From an uncultured Gemmatimonadales bacterium (lineage in GTDB: Bacteria; Gemmatimonadota; Gemmatimonadetes; Gemmatimonadales; GWC2-71-9), in the NCBI GenBank assembly GCA_963748815.1, contig CAVVKJ010000001.1, forward strand, positions 1-22,618: a stretch of DNA of 22,618 nucleotides, read 5' to 3'. A program made the position numbers and the translations under genes. Shown piece by piece: positions 16,473-22,618 of the stretch (within the stretch, counting starts at the first letter, position 1; each line of letters opens with the position of its first letter). Below the pieces are notes generated by a model. It did no database searches, had not been told where the DNA came from, and worked only from the letters and a program-made list of their open reading frames with translations.

Positions 16473-17207
16473 TCAGGGCCGGCACGTCGGCTGGTCGTGC
16501 GGCAGTCCGCCCGTCGCTCGCTCGATGGCGGCGACGTCGCGGCTCAGGTCGGTGAAGACCGTTTCCGGCTTCACAGGCCGAATCGCTCCATTCCAGACGC
16601 TCGCCCTCGCGAGCAACTGGACCCCGCCGCGCCCGCACTGGACCGGGACTCCTGCGGAGTCCACCACGACGACCGTGAGCGTCAGCGCATCGATCGCACC
16701 CTCGCCCTTGGCCGGCCCCATGCCTTCCTTGACCCCGTCGTACTCCTCCGGTTTCCCGCCTCGATAGCGGACGTGTATCACGTCCACCCTGGCGTGGAGA
16801 ATCCCCCAGGCCCCGAGCTCGCGCGCGGCAACGCCGCTGACGGTCGTCCACTTGTCCACGATGAGTTTGCCCGTCGCCGGGTCGTAGAAGCCGCGAACTG
16901 AATCGGCGAGTCGACGCCAGATCGGTTCCACGACGTCCGGCAAGATCGTCGTGAGCCCGGAACGGTTCAGGACCGTCTGGATCAGCGAATCGAAGATTTG
17001 CCGTCCCACAACATTGTTGGGGACGTCAGGCCGAATCGAAATCGGAAGCAGTGCCACGACCCGGATGCCCGTCGCATCCACCGTGTCCGGACCTTGCGCG
17101 ACGGCATCGGTCGGGCTCGCGACAGTCAGTTGCAGCACCGCCAGCGCGGCCAACACGAGTGTCGAGCCGGTTCCGGGGCCGAGTTCCCGGCGATTCATGC
17201 GCTTCAT
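16473..17207 (-). CDS. Exported alpha/beta-domain hypothetical protein (possibly the C-terminal part of the 17619 gene)
   Basis: Hydrophobic segment ending AVA-QG; RVVALLPI..., FDSLI...L..SG...I.PD, DSV.GFYDP.TG; the frame stays open upstream to about 17400. Confidence 0.78.
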   Translation of the reverse strand: MKRMNRRELGPGTGSTLVLAALAVLQLTVASPTDAVAQGPDTVDATGIRVVALLPISIRPDVPNNVVGRQIFDSLIQTVLNRSGLTTILPDVVEPIWRRLADSVRGFYDPATGKLIVDKWTTVSGVAARELGAWGILHARVDVIHVRYRGGKPEEYDGVKEGMGPAKGEGAIDALTLTVVVVDSAGVPVQCGRGGVQLLARASVWNGAIRPVKPETVFTDLSRDVAAIERATGGLPHDQPTCRP

Positions 17208-17619
17208 CAACCGGACTCCGCCGAAGAGGCCCAACCCCAGCCCGCCGGCTGGCAGCAGGAGAGGAATCAGGCGGGAGTTCAGGTACCACTCCAGCCCCGG
17301 CCCTCCCGCGAGCGCGCCATAAGCGGCACTGACCGCGGCGCCGGCCGCCAGTATACCGAGCGTGGGCAGCAGCCACCACAGCCGTCGCTTGAGGTCGTGG
17401 CGCGCACTCGGCGCAGATGTAGCGCCCCTCGACCAGATACAGCCCCACCGCCGACCCCGCGACGAGTTCAGCGGAGCAGTGCCCGCACCGTCCCTCGCGG
17501 TTCCGCGCCGCGGCGCGACGCCGATACCGGGATCGCATCAGCAGCCCGACGGGGAGGGCAAGTACCGCGACGCACGCCGCGGCACCGGGCCCAAAGACGA
17601 ACCACAGCGGATCAGGCAT
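17208..17619 (-). pseudogene. Membrane protein with a CxxC..CxxC Zn finger, frameshifted by one extra base at about 17399
   Basis: ATG overlaps the ACP stop; TM, CGHC-x20-CAEC, then +1 frame gives HDLKRRLWWLLPTLGILAAG... (2 TMs), running in frame into 16473-17207. Confidence 0.7.
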
Positions 17620-17929
17620 GCGCCCCCTCCGCCATCACCTCCACCGCAAACGCCTCGATCACCTCCGGGGTGATGACCACCGCCAGGTCCTTCCCGGCGT
17701 AGTGCGCCGTCACGTAGCGCTGCCACCGCTGGTACGGCACCCCGAATCCCAGCGCGTCCTCGAGCTGGAAGATCAGGTCGAGAAAGTCGATCGACTCGGC
17801 GCCGAGATCCTGCACCAGCGCCTTCCCCGGCTGCACGTCCTGCGGCGCAATGACGAGCACCTCGGCGATGATCCGCCGGATGACCTCGTCCAGCCGCCGC
17901 CCCCCTACCAGCGTCGAATCGCCAGACAT
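17612..17929 (-). CDS. Acyl carrier protein, atypical
   Basis: GGAGG before ATG 17929; IRRIIAEVL.I....V.P...LV.DLGAESIDFLDLIFQLED; Ppant Ser in GAES. Confidence 0.9.
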   Translation of the reverse strand: MSGDSTLVGGRRLDEVIRRIIAEVLVIAPQDVQPGKALVQDLGAESIDFLDLIFQLEDALGFGVPYQRWQRYVTAHYAGKDLAVVITPEVIEAFAVEVMAEGAHA

Positions 17930-19209
17930 GCGTTCTGCCCTCCAAAGCCGAAGGATGTGCTCAGCGCCGCCGACAGCGTGGCCGCCCGGGCGACATGCGG
18001 GACATAGTCGAGGTCGCACTCGTCGTCGGGATGGTCCAGGTTGATCGTCGGCGGCAGGAAACCCTCGTTCATCCCGATCACGGTCGCCGCCAGCTCCACC
18101 GCCCCCGCCGCCGCCAGCAGGTGGCCGATCATCGACTTGGTCGAACTCACCGCGACGCTCGCCGCATGCGCGCCCAGGCTGCGCTTGATGGCCAGCGTCT
18201 CGGTGACGTCGTTCATCCGGGTGCCGGTGCCGTGGGCGTTGATGTACCCGACGTCGCCCGGTTCCATTTCGGCGTCGCGAATGCCGAGCTCGATGGCCCG
18301 CGTGGCGCCCGCCGCGTCGGGCCGCTCGTCGGTGATCCGGTACGCGTCGCAGGTGGCCCCGTACCCCGCCAGTTCGGCCAGCACCCGCGCCTGCCGCCCC
18401 CGCGCGAACGACTCCCGCTCCAGCACCACGAACCCCGCCCCCTCCCCGATCACGAACCCGTCCCGGCCCCGGTCGAAGGGCCGGCTCGCCCCCGCCGGAT
18501 GGTCGTTCCGCCGGGAGAGCGCGCCGATCAGGCTGAAGCCGAGCACCGACACCGGGTTGACCGCCGCATCGGTGCCCCCCGCCAGCACCACGTCGGCATC
18601 GCCCCGCTGAATGAGCCGCAGCCCCTCGCCGATGGCCTGCGTGCCAGCGCAGCAGGCGGTGGTGATCGTGGCGTTGGGCCCCCGCGCGTCGTGCTGGATG
18701 GCCACGTGCGCCGCCGCCAGGTTGGGGAGCCCGCGCAGCGGCGCGAGGGGATTGGTTCGCTCGGTGAAGATCCGCACGAAGGTCGGGACATCCCACGCCC
18801 CGGTGGCGCCGTCCCGGGCGGCGTCGATCGTGGCCTGCGCCTGCGCCACCAGCAGGTCGAGGTCGGTCGGCCCCATCCCCCCCGCGCCGACGACGACACC
18901 CAACCGCTCCGGATCCACAGCGTCACACCCGAGCCCCGCGTGGCGGCGGGCCATCCCCGCCGCCGCCACCGCGAAGAGCGCCGACCGGCTCATCAGCTTG
19001 GCCGCCTTCCGCGGTTCCACCCACGACAGGAGGTCGCCGTCGCTCTCGTCCACCTGGGCGGCGATCTGGGTCTGCATCCCGGTGCAGTCGAACGCCCCGA
19101 TGCGCCCGACGCCGGAGCGCCCGGCCCGCAGCGCCTCGCCGAAGGCGTCGTAGCCCCAGCCGATCGGCGTGACGACGCCGAGCCCGGTGATCGCCACCCG
19201 CTCAGTCAT
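17905..19209 (-). CDS. fabF: 3-oxoacyl-ACP synthase II (FabF-type ketosynthase)
   Basis: RVAITGLGVVTPIG, TACCAG (Cys), SRPFD..RDGFVIGEGAG, YINAHGTGT..ND, KSMIGHLL.AAG, PPTIN, SFGFGGQN. Confidence 0.93.
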   Translation of the reverse strand: MTERVAITGLGVVTPIGWGYDAFGEALRAGRSGVGRIGAFDCTGMQTQIAAQVDESDGDLLSWVEPRKAAKLMSRSALFAVAAAGMARRHAGLGCDAVDPERLGVVVGAGGMGPTDLDLLVAQAQATIDAARDGATGAWDVPTFVRIFTERTNPLAPLRGLPNLAAAHVAIQHDARGPNATITTACCAGTQAIGEGLRLIQRGDADVVLAGGTDAAVNPVSVLGFSLIGALSRRNDHPAGASRPFDRGRDGFVIGEGAGFVVLERESFARGRQARVLAELAGYGATCDAYRITDERPDAAGATRAIELGIRDAEMEPGDVGYINAHGTGTRMNDVTETLAIKRSLGAHAASVAVSSTKSMIGHLLAAAGAVELAATVIGMNEGFLPPTINLDHPDDECDLDYVPHVARAATLSAALSTSFGFGGQNACLAIRRW

Positions 19210-19672
19210 GGCCCACCACCGGATACTGGCCCAGCCAGGTGTCGATCGTCTGCCGCCAGTACGCCTGGTACACCGGCGCAATCAGCTGCTCCGGCGGCAC
19301 CAGCTTGAAGGTCAGCCGGGCGGAGGCGACCGTCGCGTCACCCACCTTCGCCGTACCCCGGATCCGCGCGAGATCCGGCTCGAGCGCCTCCAGTTCCACC
19401 AGCATCCGGACCTGGTCCCCCGGACGGACGAAGTCCTGGAAGCGCGCCCGGTCCACCGTGGTGAGGAGCGCCAGCTGGCGCCCCTCCACCGTGCGCTCGA
19501 TCAGGACCCCGGCCGTCTGCGCCATCCCCTCCAGCATGCACACCCCGGGAAGAATCGGGTTCCCCGGAAAGTGCGCGTCGAAATGATCTTCCGCGAGCGA
19601 GACCGCCTTGATGCCGGTGCACCGGACCCCCGGTTCCAGGTCGACGACCCGGTCCACCCAGAAATGGCGCAT
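19202..19672 (-). CDS. FabA/FabZ-family 3-hydroxyacyl-ACP dehydratase
   Basis: VDRV, KAVS..EDHF..HFPG.PILPGV..LEGMAQ (His/Glu dyad), ARF...VRPGDQ; overlaps both neighbours. Confidence 0.92.
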   Translation of the reverse strand: MRHFWVDRVVDLEPGVRCTGIKAVSLAEDHFDAHFPGNPILPGVCMLEGMAQTAGVLIERTVEGRQLALLTTVDRARFQDFVRPGDQVRMLVELEALEPDLARIRGTAKVGDATVASARLTFKLVPPEQLIAPVYQAYWRQTIDTWLGQYPVVGHD

Positions 19673-21183
19673 CAGGGGAGCCCCGCGCTGGCCATCGGCT
19701 GCCGCTGGTAGAGCTCGGCGGAATACCGGGCGGTGGCGCCGGGCACCGTCTCGATCCGCCGGAGCAGCGCGGTATCGGCCTCGGTCGTCGACTGCAGGTG
19801 GAGGTGGTACCAGCCGCGGGTGTGCAGCAGCACGGTCCGCTCCGTGCCGGCGCGCTGCGGCACGTCGGCAAACGCCAGCTCGGCGCGGTCCCCGGTGAGC
19901 GGCATCTCGTAATAGCGCGAGTCCGCCGAGGAGAGGAGCGCCACGAGATCGGAACCGTTGGAGGCGGTGCCCGAACGCACCCCCAGGGTGTCGACGGCCA
20001 CCACTTCGTCGGCGCTGTAGTCCACCGCGAAGTAGTTGAGCGCCCAGAAGCCGCGGGTGGTCCGGATGCGGAGCCGCAGGACGTTGCCCGACGTGGTGGA
20101 TAGATCGAGCGGGATGACCCGGGCCTGCGCCATGTACGGCCCACCGCCCCCCATCACGCCGACCGCTTCCCAGCCGTCGGGTCCCTCCACCTCGACCGCG
20201 GCGCCGTAGAGTGCCTCGCTGATGGCCCAGGCGCGGACCGAGTCGGCCGCCGAGGTGGAGCTGTCGACCAGGTCGTACCACTCCTGCACCTGGCGGCCAC
20301 GGAGCTCGAGAATGGCGCGGACCATGTGGGAGCCCCAGATCGAGGTCCCCACGCGGGTGACCAGCTTGGCCTCGGTGGCGCCGGCCGGCCGCGGGAAGGT
20401 GAGGACCAGTTCGTCCTGCAGGCCACCGTCCGGGTCGGCCACCGGGCGCGGCTCCCAGATGAGGCCGTCATCGGCGGCCACCCATTTCGTGAGGTCGGTC
20501 CCCGTCTGGGTGACGGCGCTGCTCGGCGGGACGGCGGCGGCGATGGTGTGGAGGCCGCCCCACTCATCCGGCAGAACCTGGGTGCCTGGCGCGTGCGTCA
20601 CCGCCCAGAGCTCCGCGAGGTTGGTCATCTGGGTCTCGTCCATCTGGTTGATCATGAGGAGGCGGTAGCTGCCGTCTTCGCTCGCCAGGTCGGGCATGAC
20701 GTTGTAGTCGTCGCGCTGGAGGCCGAGGGTGAGCGCGCCGCCGAACGGCTCCGCATTGAAGAGGAACTCCGAGCCGTTCCACGAGTACACGAAGGGGCAC
20801 GATTCCCCACCGCTGATGGTCGGAGGCGGGGGATCGTAGGTGAGCGCCGCAATGGTAAGGGCGACCACACCAATACCGAGGACGACCAGCCCTGCCGTGC
20901 CGGCTGCATCGGCCTTCCGGACCCACCAGCGCTGGACACTGTCTACCGGGATCGCCACGAGGGCCTTGTGGGAAGTGGCATGAACCGTGTCGTTCTTGAC
21001 GACCCCGACTCCGTCGAACTTGACCTCTTGGCCCGCCAGGGTGGTGACCCCGATCAGTTCATCGCTCTGGGCCGGGGCCGGCCCCTCGGCGGGCTTCTTG
21101 ACGACGTGAGTGCACCCCGTCGCCTGGATGACGAACAGCGGCAGCAGCAGCAGGGCGGTGAGGCGGTGCAGACGACGCAGCAT
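19672..21183 (-). CDS. Lipoprotein with an internal hydrophobic helix and an SCPF-initiated domain, function unknown
   Basis: AAGGAG RBS; lipobox ATG-C; TM-like GLVVLGIGVVALTIAAL; ESCPFVYSWNG, RDDY, GFWALNYFAVDYS, HTRGWYH; TGATG overlap with the dehydratase. Confidence 0.88.
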   Translation of the reverse strand: MLRRLHRLTALLLLPLFVIQATGCTHVVKKPAEGPAPAQSDELIGVTTLAGQEVKFDGVGVVKNDTVHATSHKALVAIPVDSVQRWWVRKADAAGTAGLVVLGIGVVALTIAALTYDPPPPTISGGESCPFVYSWNGSEFLFNAEPFGGALTLGLQRDDYNVMPDLASEDGSYRLLMINQMDETQMTNLAELWAVTHAPGTQVLPDEWGGLHTIAAAVPPSSAVTQTGTDLTKWVAADDGLIWEPRPVADPDGGLQDELVLTFPRPAGATEAKLVTRVGTSIWGSHMVRAILELRGRQVQEWYDLVDSSTSAADSVRAWAISEALYGAAVEVEGPDGWEAVGVMGGGGPYMAQARVIPLDLSTTSGNVLRLRIRTTRGFWALNYFAVDYSADEVVAVDTLGVRSGTASNGSDLVALLSSADSRYYEMPLTGDRAELAFADVPQRAGTERTVLLHTRGWYHLHLQSTTEADTALLRRIETVPGATARYSAELYQRQPMASAGLP

Positions 21184-21217
21184 GACACCCTCCTTTTCGG
21201 GTGGTGAACCACTCACT

Positions 21218-22360
21218 TCAAGGCGTTCCGGCGGGTGCCGACGACTTCTGCCGCACCTGCACCGCGATCACGGTCGACGCCTCCGTCGTGTCGCCCTGGA
21301 GTCGATAGCGCGCGCCGGCGGGAATGAGCGTCCAGCCCCCCGGTGCCAGCGTCACGCTCGGCGGGGCGTCGTAGGCGATGTTGGGCGCCTCGCGCTCGAC
21401 GGTCACCACGCCCCGTTCCGGCACGATCACGACGACCGGCAACTCGGCGGAATACCAGCGGGTCCGCTTGTCGGCCTCGAGGACCAGCCGCGACAGGCGA
21501 AACCACGACGAGGTCGCCCCCAGTTCCCCCGGGAGGGTGCCCAGGGGCGCGTTCACCCCCGCGCTGCTGCCGTTGACGATCTCGAGCACCCGAAACTCGC
21601 CGGCGCCGATGTTGGCGACGCGATGGGTCAGCGGGCGGTTGGCGTAGAGCAGGTCCGACGAGGCGACCCCTACCTGCAGGCGCGACGCGCTCTCGGGGCC
21701 GGCGGCGCCCCAGGCGCCGCCGGAGGGCTGCGCGTCGGTCGCCGAGACCGCGAGGGGGACGTAGACGACGGCCGCGTTGTGGGTGTGGAACGGCGTGGTA
21801 TCGCCGGGAGGGATCGAGATGTCGAGCACGGTGACGAGCCCCGCGCGGAGGGCGACCCACTCCGGGGGCACGAAGGATCCGGCGGCCTTCACCTCGTCCC
21901 GGATGTCGGCGAGGAGCGTTTCCGACCAGTCACGCTTGGCCGCGACGTTGGTGGTCATCCGCAGCTCCTCATAGATCCAGACCTCAGTCTCCGCCGAGTC
22001 GCGCCGCACCGCGCGGACGCGGATGAGCTCGCCGTAGGAGGAGGAAGTCATCCCGCGCGATGCCACCACGACCCACGCCGTGTCCCCCTCCCGGGTCACC
22101 GCCTTGACGTTCAGCTGGTTCGCGGAGATGGCCAGGGCGGCGGCCTCCTGGACGCCGGGAAGATCGGCTTCCAGGGTGGCATGCAGCCCCGCGGTGGGCG
22201 CCACCTCCTGCACGCCGCTGACGCTGTTGCAGGCCGGGGCCGCACCAAGCAGGGCGAGCAGGGTCGGCACCAGCAGCCGCCCAACCGAACCGAGGAGGCG
22301 GGGCGCGGCAGGGCCGGAAGGGGCATGTGGCGCGGAGAATTGCGGTGACCGGTGATGCAT
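21218..22360 (-). CDS. Putative lipoprotein fused to cupin domain(s); start uncertain
   Basis: Lipobox-like APA-C; N-terminal alpha/beta domain; cupin motifs IPPGDTTPFHTH...VYV and THRVANIG; a second cupin-like half lacks His. Confidence 0.8.
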   Translation of the reverse strand: MHHRSPQFSAPHAPSGPAAPRLLGSVGRLLVPTLLALLGAAPACNSVSGVQEVAPTAGLHATLEADLPGVQEAAALAISANQLNVKAVTREGDTAWVVVASRGMTSSSYGELIRVRAVRRDSAETEVWIYEELRMTTNVAAKRDWSETLLADIRDEVKAAGSFVPPEWVALRAGLVTVLDISIPPGDTTPFHTHNAAVVYVPLAVSATDAQPSGGAWGAAGPESASRLQVGVASSDLLYANRPLTHRVANIGAGEFRVLEIVNGSSAGVNAPLGTLPGELGATSSWFRLSRLVLEADKRTRWYSAELPVVVIVPERGVVTVEREAPNIAYDAPPSVTLAPGGWTLIPAGARYRLQGDTTEASTVIAVQVRQKSSAPAGTP

Positions 22361-22400
22361 GGATCGTCCGAGACAAAGTCGAACTCATCATGCGGTGCCT

Positions 22401-22419
22401 GCGTCAAGAACGCGTCAAG
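22401..22419. promoter_or_regulatory. Perfect 8-bp direct repeat with 11-bp period
   Basis: GCGTCAAG-aac-GCGTCAAG (TTGACG twice on the - strand), 40 nt upstream of the 22360 start. Confidence 0.5.
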
Positions 22420-22565
22420 CGGCCGGCAGGGGGGAGTGCCGACGGAGGAAGGCGACGAATATGCCGAGGGGACTGGGGGGCGCTAGGGGGAGGGGAGGGG
22501 GGAAATAACCGACCAAGAGGGTCGGACAATCCTGCATCCGAACTCGGGAGCCGGGCAGACTTCTA

Positions 22566-22618
22566 TCAGGTGATCAGCAGTGCCACCGCCCCCGCCAGCA
22601 CCAGGAGCCCGCCGATCA
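22566..22618 (-). CDS. 3' end of a membrane protein (partial, runs off the window)
   Basis: IGGLLVLAGAVALLIT followed by TGA TAG. Confidence 0.55.
   Translation of the reverse strand, partial: IGGLLVLAGAVALLIT

Noticed and set aside
15478..16767. 429-aa + strand ORF
   Set aside because: Antisense to two genes that have an RBS or signal-like segment and mutual homology
11930..17405. Programmed ribosomal frameshifting at the interrupted genes
   Set aside because: No slippery heptamers or shift-prone stop contexts; the sites are unrelated in sequence; error or mutation is simpler
17930..18796. The 394-aa ORF upstream of the ACP as a multidomain protein
   Set aside because: It is an alternative frame within fabF with Arg/Gly-rich junk composition; the ACP has its own RBS and ATG at 17929
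17612..19672. Aryl polyene or aromatic type II PKS cluster
   Set aside because: No chain-length factor, ketoreductase, adenylation enzyme, cyclase or acyltransferase in the run

Overview
High-GC bacterial window; the gene content and signal-peptide style are suggestive of Gemmatimonadota or a similar lineage (inference only). The left half is mostly + strand: two secreted hypothetical proteins, a YbjQ-like protein, a DinB-family protein, a tandem pair of M14 carboxypeptidase paralogs (the first lacks the Zn and substrate-binding residues), a membrane protein, DUF1428/YbaA, YaeQ, a hicAB pair, an MDR oxidoreductase and pepE. Four families of intergenic repeats (three palindromic, one tandem) occur here and assemble into mosaics. 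The centre is an accessory patch around a stand-alone tRNA-Ala(TGC), with a frameshifted ORF6N gene, an antitoxin/ParE pair and an orphan HicB. The right half is one long - strand run: a lipoprotein-cupin fusion, a lipoprotein with an 'SCPF' domain, a translationally coupled FabZ-like/FabF/atypical ACP module, a Zn-finger membrane protein continuing into a domain that is duplicated in the next gene, a Zn-ribbon/SH3 protein and a secreted Vgb-like beta-propeller. Four clear single-base-insertion frameshifts in three genes (plus a possible fifth) lie within about 5.5 kb and may be sequencing or assembly errors. The best candidate for an undescribed system is the lipoprotein-coupled minimal type II acyl-chain module (15253-22360), followed by the M14 enzyme/pseudo-enzyme pair.
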